In this document: positions 51,120 to 64,000 of the stretch, piece by piece | Numbering within the stretch: position 1 is the first letter of the stretch | Layout: each line of letters opens with the position of its first letter | Origin: Octopus sinensis | Lineage: Eukaryota | Direction of reading: 5' to 3' | Assembly: GCF_006345805.1 (NCBI RefSeq) | Contig: NC_042999.1 | Coordinates: 68,634,001-68,698,000, forward strand | Length of the DNA stretch: 64,000 bases | Position numbers and translations under genes: made by a program | Notes under the pieces: model-generated | Seen by the model: the letters and a program-made list of their open reading frames with translations, nothing else | Database searches by the model: none | Told to the model about the DNA's origin: nothing

Positions 51120-51605
51120 CATGAAGCAATTTTCAATGCCATCCGCAAAAAAGAATGTCCTGAAATAAACTTAGAAAATCCCTATGCTATGGAATACATT
51201 CATAAACACCAACTCAAGGAATACTGGTGGAATATTCCCATCAACAATTCTGTCAAATGTAAAAATAACCAGCCGGATATTGTTTGTTTGGGACAGAGGG
51301 GCAAAGGTATGTGCTTTCATAGGGGTCATCTGCCCTGCAGCTGTAAATACCTCTTTAAAAATCAAAGAAAAAGAGGATGTCCATGGCAACTGTTTCGAAA
51401 CCTGCATCTTCTGAGTACCGGACTATGAATTCATATTCATACCAGTAATAATTGGAACACTAGGTTTTGTTAGTAAATGCTTAAAGGAGAATCTGGATGA
51501 ACTGAGATTTTCAGAAAGAGAAATCGACCGGCTAATTCGTACATTACAAGTGCAATCTGTGAGTGGAACGGTAAAAAAATGCAAGACTTTTCTCAAGTTC
51601 TAAAT
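51120..51605 (+). mobile_element. RLE-type LINE 3' fragment (third family)
   Basis: YWWNIPI...KNNQPDIV.WDR...KEKED.HGQL...FIPVIIGTLG...LQVQSVSGTVK.CKTFLKF*. Confidence 0.75.
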
Positions 51606-51861
51606 GTGAATTTGTTTCTTAACTACATCCCAAAGACGGAGCCTTGTATCTTTATTGGAAACCGGCTCCCTCCTTCAGTGGAAAATTCATAACATTTAAA
51701 AAATAGAATAGATATACAAACAATCGTACATATTTGTTTGTTAACTACATTCCAAAGGTAGAGCCTTGTATCTTTGTGGAAGATTTATGATAATTAAGAA
51801 ATAGAAGTTACATACATACATATATACATACATACATACATACATACATACATACATACAT

Positions 51862-51898
<37 letters not shown>

Positions 51899-52259
51899 TA
51901 CATACATACATACATACATGCATGCATGCATGCATACATACATACATACACACATACATACATACATACATACATACATACATACACACACACACATACA
52001 TACATACATACATGCATGCATACATACATACATACATACATACATACATACATACACACATACATACCTACATACATACATATATGCATACATACATTTC
52101 GCCCGGCGTGCTAATGATTCTGCCAGCTCACCACATTTATTTAATGATAAAAAGAACAAGTTGATATCCTTATGAAGGATAGGCTTTCCAGATTAAAACT
52201 TGTGGTACCGTTATAATATAGACTATGCACATTTTAATCAAGAAGGTGTTATACAAATA

Positions 52260-53015
52260 TCGCCACTAGCTTCGTCATCACCGACTACACCATTATTTAC
52301 ACTGTCATCATTCTCATCATCAACATCGTCATCACTATCACCGTCAACATCACCACTACTTCAGTCACCACCACCACCACCACCAACCATCGTTGTCATG
52401 ATCCTCGCCATCTTCATCATCATGGCCCATCATCGTCACCGTCATCACTATCCTCATCATCACCTGTGTCACGAGTTCACAGCCACTCACGCCCCTCCAC
52501 CCACCACCCACCACTACCACCACCGTCGTCATCACCACCAACACAACCACTACCACCATCAACTGCATGCCCACTACCACCAAGACTACCATTCTCACCA
52601 CCATTTCTACCACCACCACCACCACCACCATCACCACCATCATCATCATCACCACCATCATCATCATCTTCATCATCGTCATCTTCATCACCATGGACAT
52701 CATCCCTATCGCCATCATTATCCTCATCACCTTTATCACCATCCCACCGCCACACCACGCCTCCCACCGCCCACGACACCACCATCCCACCACTACCACC
52801 ACCGACGTCGCCGCCGCCATCACTACCAACACAACCACTACCACCATCAACAGCATACAAGCAAGACTACCGTTGCCACCACCACCACCACCACCGCCGC
52901 CGCCACTATCACCGCCGCCGCTACAATCACCACCACCGCCGCCGCCACCATCACCACCGCCGTCACCACCACCGCCATCACTAGCAGCGCCACCCCTCCC
53001 CCCAAACATAGACCA
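52260..53015. repeat. (CAC/CAT/CGC)n low-complexity tract with an internal duplication
   Basis: ccaacacaaccactaccaccatcaac occurs twice (about 52537 and 52827). Confidence 0.85.
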
Positions 53016-53533
53016 CAAAGCAGAGAAATACAAATAACTTCGACTGGAATAAATTAACTTGTCCTTTATTATATTTTTTTGTCTTGCATTTGTCATGACA
53101 AACTTTAACAAATTGAAGTTTAAGACGCGAGTTTCCGAGAGGAATTAAAATAAGACAAAAAAAAATGATGGCATCCTATGCAAGAAGGCATTAAGTATTC
53201 ATGAACAACGACCAAAGATAGAACTGATCGTCTTCATTTTGTTTTGTTTCACATGTTTGTATGTGTGTGCATGTGTGTGTGTGCATGTGTGTGTGTGCAT
53301 GTGTGTGTGTGCATGTGTGTGTATGTGTGTGTATGCGTGTGTGTGTGTGTGGTGTGTGAATGTGCATGTATATGTGTGTTTCTGTTAGCGTTTGAGAGTG
53401 AAGATGTGACAACCGTGAGAGGCAGAGAAGTGTATGTGTGTGTATCTGAATGTATATGTGTGCGTGTTTGTGTGTGTGGTGTGTCTGTGTGTGTGTCTGT
53501 GTGTGTGAGAGAGAGGGAGAGAGAAAGAGAGAA

Positions 53534-53580
<47 letters not shown>

Positions 53581-53679
53581 AAGACAGAGATTACAAGAGC
53601 AATCATTTGATTCATGGAAGTTAGTATTGATGGTTTGTACTGATTTTGGTGAAGGTGGTGGTGGTGGTGGTTGTGGCGG

Positions 53680-53850
53680 TGGTGGCAGTGGCGTATTTCG
53701 TCCGTCTTCACGTTCTGAGTTCAAATTCTGCCGAGGTCGACTTTGCCTTTCATCTTTCCGGGGTCGATAAATTAAGTACCAGTTGCGTACTGGGGTTGAA
53801 CTAAACGACTGACCACACTCCCCTAAAATTTCGGGCCTTATGCTTCGAGC
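53680..53850 (+). mobile_element. SINE group A, 5'-truncated
   Basis: gtatttcgtccgtcttcacgttctgagttcaaattctgccgaggtcgac. Confidence 0.85.
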
Positions 53851-53947
53851 AGACAAGGAATACATATCGTTGCTATTACGATAAACTGCCGTACGTCCAA
53901 ATTTCGCTAAAAGCGTTTTTTCCAATATTTAATTTTGCTTGCAATAA

Positions 53948-54236
53948 CCGGTTCTTTTAGTCAAACTATCGTATCTCCAGCTACTTCAGATAAAAATTGT
54001 CAAAGTTTAGTACAACGTTTTAGAATTTTCCATAATGTAGTAAGCCCCACATACGACAGTTTTGCAAAAATATGTCTGACTGAAAATATCATACATGCAA
54101 GGAGTTGCGATTTTATGCACTCAAAAAATCATTTTGGCGGAGCTGAAACTGTTTCTAATGTAAAAAGAAAAGGAATGGTGAAACTAATTTTTGGTTTTCT
54201 GAAAAAGCAACATTTTGGACTTACGACACTTTTGCA
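53948..54236 (-). mobile_element. Unclassified DNA-transposon-like repeat; inverted homolog at 63701-64000
   Basis: tgcaaaagtgtcgtaagtccaaaa...tttttcagaaaaccaaaa is shared in opposite orientation. Confidence 0.65.
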
Positions 54237-54689
54237 TAATAGCAACGATGTAGAAATTATAATTGTGCTTTTAAACAAAGAAAAGGGAGATGATGGACGC
54301 TGAGTATATTATGCTTACGTCAAAATCACCTATTTTTCTGTCTGTTTTCATTATATATGTAAAATGGTACCATGGGCGTTTCGAAACGCGGAGTAGACGA
54401 AACAGGAACAACTGAAGAAGGGGAATATTCCTTGTGTTGTATGTCTTGTACTCTGTTTTTTCGTTGTTTGAAAAAAAAGTCCGTTTCCATGTTTTTGTTT
54501 TTATGTTTTCGTTTCTCATTGTGTTCAACGTTTTTTTTTGTGTGTCCTGTACCCATATATGCATGTATATATACATATAGATGTAGGTATGCACATATAT
54601 GTATGTATATATGCATATGTTTATATATTATTTTGTTTTATATAGGTAAATATCTATGTGTGTGTCTTTGTCTCTGTGTCTGCACCTCC

Positions 54690-54895
54690 ATCCGCATCAC
54701 CGCTTGACAATCGGTGTTGGTGTGTTTGCGACTCCGAAACTTAGCGGTTCGGCAAAAGTGACCGATAGAACAAGTACTAGACTTTTAAAAAAACAAGCCC
54801 TGGGGTTGATTTGTTCGACTAGGAAACCCTGCAAGGCAGTGATCCAACATGGCCGCAGTCAAATGACTGAAACAAGTAAATGAATAAAAGAATTA
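54690..54895 (+). mobile_element. SINE group B, 3' half
   Basis: cgcttgacaatcggtgttggtgtgtttgcg...catggccgcagtcaaatgactgaaacaag. Confidence 0.85.
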
Positions 54896-54901
54896 AAAGA
54901 C

Positions 54902-54975
<74 letters not shown>

Positions 54976-57510
54976 TGTTTCTTTATTAGCCACACAGGGC
55001 TGCACACAGACAGGACAAATTACAAGGTAGAGCTTTTCTTTTGGAGGTAAAAAAGGGGATTTGGCTTTCGATCAAAAGGGATCGTAAAAGGAAAGAAAAC
55101 GGACAAAAAGGGGGGGGGGTAAAATTAAAAAAAAAGGGAGAGGAAAAAAAGGGAAAGGAAAAAAGGGAAAGGAAAAAATTGATCAATAGGGATTGTTATC
55201 ACAGAAATGTCAATATAAAGTGTAAAGGGGAGGACAGGTGAGGTTTACCCGTGGAAAGAAAAGCCTACGGAAAAGACCACGGTAACCTTGGTCAATGAAG
55301 TCACATGTTATATTTTTTTTTTTGCAAATAAGCAACTCTGTATTAATTTTTACGGTTCATAGGATCATAGTCAAGGTGGTTTCGTCATTCATACGTGTCA
55401 TCCTTGCTACATTCACCCATCTTTTTTAAAACATTCACTAGACAAAACTTGCCTCTCTACTCTCACTTTCCTCTTCAAGTGATACTTCAAGTTGTGAAGA
55501 TTGACCAGAGAGGAAAGTGTTTGTCTCCTCATCCTTCAGGCGCGTCCACCAGATACATTCTTTCGCCATAGCCACAAGTATGATAAAAAGAGCTCTTCCT
55601 TCCCGTTTGAAGGAAGGAGCGTGACGATATTAACGATAGACTCGGCTGATAAACCGACACGTCCCACACGTGACAGCAGTCGTTCGACATAAGCCCACAG
55701 GTCGGAGATTGTTGAACACTGCACGATTGCGTGCAGAACGGTTTCGTCGCTCTGCCCGCATCTCGGGCAGGTCGGCCCCGTGTTTCTCGAGCCATGCCTA
55801 TAGAGCTTATCCCGAACGGGCAGCGCTTCTCGGTAGCACCGCCAGGCCAGGGATCTCTGGAAGTTGTCCATAGGTCCCGGCCCGAAAGTCGTTTCAAACA
55901 TGCGGGTCAGGTATTCCTCGTCGACGCCCAGGTTTGCCCCAAGATCGTCGTCGTACCTCCCCTCCACTAATCCCCTATAGAATGCTTTGGTTGTGTTGAA
56001 GTCACACAAGGTCGACCCAGGACGGCATGCCCAGCCCTCCTTTTAACGGGTGTTGACAGCAAATGGATCGCCTGACCATCGGGACGCATCCTTTCCACCA
56101 GAAGCGGAAGAGAATGCGTTCTAGTTTGGTGATGGTAGGGTCGGAACAAGGTAACGACGGTCAGGCGGTAGTAGATGATGGACGCGATGTACGTGTTCGC
56201 CGCCTCCGCCCGACCTTTTAGGGACAGTTTCCTCTCGGCCCATTGCCGGGCGAGAGTGACCACCCTACTCGTTATCTCGTTCCAGTTCTTCTCCATTTGG
56301 AGGTCCGTACCGAACCAGACCCCGAGTAACTCAACCGGACCGTCCGTCCAGCGTCCCACGACGGAGGTACTGCTGGATGGCATGGGCTTGCTTCTCCAGG
56401 TGCCGAGCCGCAAGCCCACTAACTTTTCCCGGTTGATTTTTGCTCGTGTCACCGCTTCGTAGTCTTTCAGTGTCTCGCCGACCAGCTCGATGTGCTCGTG
56501 GCTTGACACTATGACGGTGACGTCGTCCGCGTATGCAGACACGCTTGTCCCGCATCCCAATTCTCGCGGGATGCCCCTCAGAGTCGCCAGCTTCCGCAGT
56601 AGTAGCTCGAGAGTCAATACGTATAGAAGAGACGAGAGGGGGCATCCCTGACGGACCGAACGTGCAATGTCGAAAGGTCTCAATAGATATCCATTTACGC
56701 GAACTACCGAACGGATGCCTCTGTACAAGGCCCCGGAAGACGGGACCGAAACCAGCCGCTCTCAGGACTGCCTCCAAGTATCGATGGTCTACCCTATCGA
56801 AGGCTTTCGATTGATCCAAATTGATCAGGGCCCCACCCATGCCAGGTTCCTTAACTACTCTGTCTATGATGTAGCGCATCAGATGGAGGTTGTCATGGAT
56901 ACTCCGGCCCGGCACGGCACAAGTTTGTGCGTTGTCGACCAGTTTCTCAATGACAAGCGTCAACCTCTTGGCTAACACCTTGGTCAAAATTTTCAGGTCT
57001 GCATTGAGCAGGGTGATTGGTCTAAAGTTATCTATAATGTCCCCCTTGTTTGGATCTTTCTTCAGCAGCGTTACGGCTCCTCGACTCACAAAACCGGTTA
57101 TGCTCCCGTTTTGCTGCCAGTTGCAGATTACCGCTGCCAAGACGTCTCCAAACAAGTCTGGCATACAATTGTAAAACTGGTAGGGCAGACCATCCAAACC
57201 CGGCGATTTGTCTCTGGAGCATTCTGCCATTGCGTCCCGCACATCCGCCGCCGTGATGGCACCCTCGCAGCACTCTGCCTCTCTTGCCGAGAGTCGTGGT
57301 AGGCTGTGCAGGTAGGCACTGAAGTCCACCCTGCGTTCACGCTCGCCACTCGTCCCGTACAGTCGGGCAAAGTGCCGCTGAAATGCCTCGCGCATCTTGC
57401 TGGGCTCGAGCAATTCGCGCCCTTGTTCATCTACCAGAGACCGAATGGTGGCTTTGTTGCCCTGCTGCGCCTCCGCCACCCGGGCCTCCCTCGCGGCTCC
57501 AATACCTTCC
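54976..57510 (-). mobile_element. 5'-truncated Tx1-clade LINE: RT, C-terminal zinc finger and 3' UTR, flanked by (GATA)n on both sides
   Basis: KSPGLDGLP; FRPITLLNADLKIL; LDQSKAFDRVDH; SVRQGCPLS; AYADDV; CPRCGQSDETVLHAIVQC. At least three frameshifts; no endonuclease domain. Ends gccctgtgtggctaataaagaaac. Confidence 0.95.
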
Positions 57511-57585
<75 letters not shown>

Positions 57586-58341
57586 TCACTTCGTGCACAT
57601 TGCATTTGAATAAGAGCTATTTGTAGTTTTATGCCTTGGAGACACGATAATTCAGGAGGTTCATAGAAGGCGCATTATGCTACTAACCAATCATTCAAAC
57701 TTAGGCTCTACTTGAATCCTGTGACATTGAATGATATTTATATCTCACTGGATACAATACATACTTTCTTGTTGATTACACCTCTAACGGAACAGTAGTC
57801 TATGTACTGTATTATATATATGCATGTATTTTGTACAGTGCGCTTACGATTTTTGCCAGCTCGTCGCCTTAAGAAATCTATATGTAATAGCATGTAAATA
57901 CTGCGTTAGAAAACCTCGATGATAGTAAAACTCGAAGGTTTCCCGTAGGACTCGAACAAACATCTCCTCTAGATGTGCCAGTCGTTCTTCCGAAGTATCT
58001 ATATGTGTTTGTGAGTGGGGAAACAAAGATGAATAACATAGATCCGAGAGCCCTGGGCTACGCAAATATCAAGCATTGATAACATTTATTTTGTTACTCA
58101 CGAACGTATGAATAATTTAAATAATTTAAATGAAATAATGAGACATAGGATTGGGTGAATCGTAATTTTGCTTGTCTTCAATGTAGAAGGAAACAAACAA
58201 AAACAAAAAAAACTATACTATTCACAGATTTAAACTAAGGGAGAGATACTAACCTACGAATTTATGGAATTAATTGAAATTATGTATGTAGGAAGATGTA
58301 TGTATATATATATACACACACACACACATGCATACATCTTG

Positions 58342-58379
<38 letters not shown>

Positions 58380-58659
58380 TATATTTCGCGGTATCAATGA
58401 AAATTTCTATACATGTATGTATATATATATATGCAAATGTGACAATGTATATCTGTGCGTATATTTATTATGTATGACGATGTCATAGATTCATTCTAGT
58501 GTGTGAAAGACTATGAATTCCGTTAAAGCGTACGTATACGTAAATACACACACACGTACGCACACACACACACACGCACATATATGTCTGGTGAGAGAGA
58601 GGGAAACAGACAAGGCCAGGTACACATTGTATAATGATATTATATAATATATATATATA

Positions 58660-58692
<33 letters not shown>

Positions 58693-58858
58693 CACACACA
58701 CGCACACACAATTATAAAGTATTATATCTATTGCATATATATGAATTATATGAAGATATAATCTATTATATGCTTATATATGTGTACATTTTTGTATATG
58801 TATATTATATGTATATATATTTGTGTGTGTGTATGTGTTTATATATACGGACACACGT

Positions 58859-58903
<45 letters not shown>

Positions 58904-58984
58904 AACACACACACATATATATATACATATTATTGATGTTGTGATTATTATTATTCAATGAAATCATTCCCATACATTAGGAAA

Positions 58985-60730
<1,746 letters not shown>

Positions 60731-60736
60731 TATACC

Positions 60737-60970
60737 TATTTGTTTATTACCCACAAGGGGCTAAACATAGAGGGGACTAACAAGGACAGACATAGGTATT
60801 AAGTCGGTTACATCGACCCCAGTGCGTAACTGGTACTTAATTTATCGACCCCGAAAGGATGAAAGGCAAAGTCGACCTCGGCGGAATTTGAACCCATAAC
60901 GTAATGGCAGGCGAAATACGGCTACGCATTTCGCCCGACGGGCTAACGTTTCTGCCAGCTCGCCGCCTTA
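60737..60970 (-). mobile_element. Full-length tailed SINE A within TA-rich microsatellite
   Basis: Head aaggcggcgagctggcag; tail ...gtgggtaataaacaaata|ggtata. Confidence 0.92.
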
Positions 60971-61864
60971 TACATATATATATACATATATATATACATA
61001 TATATACATATATATATACATACATATATACATATATATACATACATACATATATATACATACATACATATATATACATATATATACATATATATACATA
61101 CATACATATATATACATATATATACATACATACATATATATACATATATATACACACATATATACATACATACATATATATACATATATATACACACACA
61201 TATACATATGTATATATACATACATATACATATATAAATACATATACATATATACATACATATATATACATATGTATACATACATATCTATATATATACA
61301 TACATATATATACATATATATATACATATATATACATACATACATATATACATACATATGTATATACATTACATACATATATACATACATATACACACAC
61401 AGACACACGTATTTGTATTAGTTGTTAAATATGTCATTTTTCCAATATACAAAATGAAATTCGATAGTAATGAATAAACATAAATACATCGTATATCTTC
61501 GGATATTCCACGATGTTCGTTTTATCTCCCTGATGATTCTGCGCGAATTTAATTCCTTCTTATTTCAATATACATGTATGTATGCGTGCATGCATATATG
61601 GATGTATGTACGTACGCATGAATGTGTGTGTGTGTATGTATGTATAAAATGGCGTATATATGCACAAACACACAAACATACATGTGCCTGTATGTATCTT
61701 GGGTATATCGTATGATATTCTAATCCATGCAGCATTGTATATTTTGGCTATAGCAAGAAATTTGAAGAATTTATGTAAATATGCATGCAGGTTCACATTT
61801 AAATATGCCATACTGCTACATGTAGATATTATATTCCGTATCTATTCATATTTCTTCTAATTCA

Positions 61865-62170
61865 AGGGGCGAGCTGGCAGAAACGTTGGCACGCCGGGCG
61901 AAATGCGTAGCCGTATTTCGTCTGCCGTTACGTTCTGAGTTCAAATTCCACCGAGGTCGACTTTGCCTTTCATCTTTTCGGGATCGATTAAATAAGTACC
62001 AGTTATGCACTGGGGTCGATGTAATCGACTTAATCCGTTTATCTGTCCTTGTTTGACCCCTCTGTGTTTAGCCCCTTGTGGGTAGTAAAGAAATAGGTAT
62101 TTCGTCTGTCTTTACGTTCTAAGTTCAAATTCCGCCGAGGTCGACTTTGCCTTTCATCCTTTCGGGGTTG
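61865..62170 (+). mobile_element. Tailed SINE A followed by a partial unit starting ggtatttcgtc (62096)
   Basis: Junction gtagtaaagaaata|ggtatttcgtctgtc. Confidence 0.92.
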
Positions 62171-62249
62171 AATATAATGCGTGTAAAAACGTATGCAATA
62201 GGTGTACGTACGTACGTGTATGGGTGTGTGTTTTTCCCATGTCTATCTA

Positions 62250-62285
<36 letters not shown>

Positions 62286-62379
62286 AAATTCAACGGATTT
62301 CGCCCAAATTTGACGTCGATGTTACTTAGTTTGGTTTGAAATATAGAACTTGATTAGCTTAATAATCCAAACTTAATCC

Positions 62380-62482
<103 letters not shown>

Positions 62483-62944
62483 TGTGTGCAGGAATCCTGG
62501 TAACGAGTGCAATACATTCCTGAAAACCTTTCCGTAATGCTAGATTAATTTTTCCTAGGATATTCATATTCCGAAACGAAAATGTGTTTCAACGGCTTTT
62601 TCTTCTTCTACTGAAGAAGAACACCAGAAAAGTAAACAGGGAGCTCGATCACTTGTACGCATAAAAATAACACATTTTAAAATATACGCAGTACATTATG
62701 TATACATAATGACATTTTGAAGAGAAATGCGTTAAAGAATGGAAAAGAATCGTATTGTAGTAATAGGGTACGTTCTTAGCACAAAAGTGTTGATTATTGC
62801 GTAAGAGTCAGTGGTAGTTGTTAAAAGTTTTACCGGGAAGATATATATTCTATCTTATAGTTCATGAACATTAAGATCTAATTGAGCGGCAAAAAAACAA
62901 CTCGAAATTCTTTGATGTTTACGGCGCATCATGTCATTGTTCAG

Positions 62945-63102
62945 TGCTAGAACTGACGGCATTCTAAATTCTTCTAAATTTTATATTGCGTTCAATAACA
63001 TTTATGTTACGAGTTGGGACCAAAATGGCAGAAAAACAATTGGAAACAATACTACTGCACATACTAGGGTTGTTATCAGTGAAAACATGCAGACCTTCCT
63101 CT
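62945..63102 (+). CDS. Candidate host-gene exon (unknown product; possibly signal-peptide coding from ATG 63025)
   Basis: Acceptor ttgttcag| at 62944 and donor |gtaagt at 63103; unique sequence. One frame is open across the exon; another gives aaaATGg MAEKQLETILLHILGLLSVKTCRPSS. Confidence 0.35.
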
Positions 63103-63190
63103 GTAAGTGCTAACGATTTTTCTATGCTCTTTATAGACACTCTAAGTGGAATTGGAGGGTATTTCTGTATTCTCTGTTCTTGTTCTAACA

Positions 63191-63240
<50 letters not shown>

Positions 63241-63282
63241 ATAGATATATATATATATATATATAGATATAGATATATAGGA

Positions 63283-63390
63283 GCTAAGTCGATTACATCG
63301 ATTCCGGTGTTCAACTGGTACATGATTTATCGACCCTCAAAAGGATGGAAATCAAAGTCGACATCGGCAAAAGTTGAACTCAAATTATCA
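63283..63390 (-). mobile_element. SINE group A, 3' fragment
   Basis: aagtcgattacatcgattcc...aaggatggaaatcaaagtcgacatcgg. Confidence 0.75.
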
Positions 63391-63439
63391 GTCGCCATGA
63401 TAGATCGTTAGCCATCACACACATTTTTTCTCCCCTTGT

Positions 63440-63602
63440 TTTTTTCTCTTCTATTTTTCTCTCCTTGTTTTTTCTGTGTCCCTTTCTGTAGAAAGGCGTA
63501 GGCTCGAAACGTAAAAGACTTTTTCTATTCCTGAGCGTTATACTAATAATCTGTTTGTTTTGTACACCACCTGTCTTCGTCTTTTGTTTTTTTCGTAAAA
63601 CT

Positions 63603-63605
<3 letters not shown>
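63440..63605 (+). mobile_element. Penelope-like terminal repeat fragment with a degenerate minimal hammerhead motif
   Basis: cttt-CTGTAGA-aaggcgtaggctc-GAAA-CG-TA-aaag at 63482-63517. Confidence 0.4.
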
Positions 63606-63689
<84 letters not shown>

Positions 63690-63700
63690 TAACATACCCT

Positions 63701-64000
63701 TGCAAAAGTGTCGTAAGTCCAAAACGTTACTTTTTCAGAAAACCAAAAAATCGTTTCAACATTCAATTTCTTTTTACATTAGCAACAGTTTCTGCTTAAC
63801 AATAATACTTTGTTGGCTGCATAAAATCGTAACTCCATGCATGTGTGATATTTTTCAGTCAAAAATATTTCTACAAAAATGTCTGATGTGGGACTTACTA
63901 CACTTTTGAAAAATGCCAAACTGTTGTACTACTCATTGACAGTCTTCATATCTTGGCATCTAAAGCAGTTGGATATGCGATAGTTTGACCAAAATAACTG
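63701..64000 (+). mobile_element. Unclassified DNA-transposon-like repeat (runs off the window)
   Basis: Homolog of 53948-54236. Confidence 0.65.

Noticed and set aside
52200-53111. His/Pro-rich 285-aa ORF
   Set aside because: Trinucleotide low-complexity tract open in nearly all frames on both strands; no evidence of coding.

Overview
Eukaryotic, AT-rich, repeat-saturated genomic DNA. The SINE families and microsatellite density suggest a coleoid cephalopod, probably an Octopus species (inference from recognising the repeats, not a database result). No intact protein-coding gene, rRNA, tRNA gene or CRISPR array is supportable, and almost all supplied ORFs are microsatellite translation artefacts. 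The window holds roughly 35 tRNA-derived SINE copies of at least three groups. It also holds fragments of Tx1/L1-clade, RLE-type (R4/Dong-like), CR1 and RTE LINEs, two Tc1/mariner remnants (one maT/DD37D type), a probable non-autonomous Helitron, MITE-like pieces and Penelope-like termini with degenerate hammerhead-ribozyme motifs. One plausible host exon lies at 62945-63102 (+). The most interesting signal is a coherent Tx1-dependent retroelement system. (i) A 225-bp SINE subfamily has a 3' tail matching the Tx1 LINE 3' end, including a covarying hairpin before AATAAA. (ii) This SINE repeatedly inserts at one site, GGTATTTC(G/T)TC, inside older copies of its own SINE family, with 13-15 bp target-site duplications and tandem re-insertion. 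(iii) A Tx1 LINE sits inside a (GATA)n tract. (iv) Divergent elements with a Tx1-like ORF1 (one apparently ORF1-only, one truncated) share a mini-intron-like 5' UTR signature. Repeat boundaries are by eye and approximate (about +/-10-20 bp) unless a TSD or splice site is quoted.
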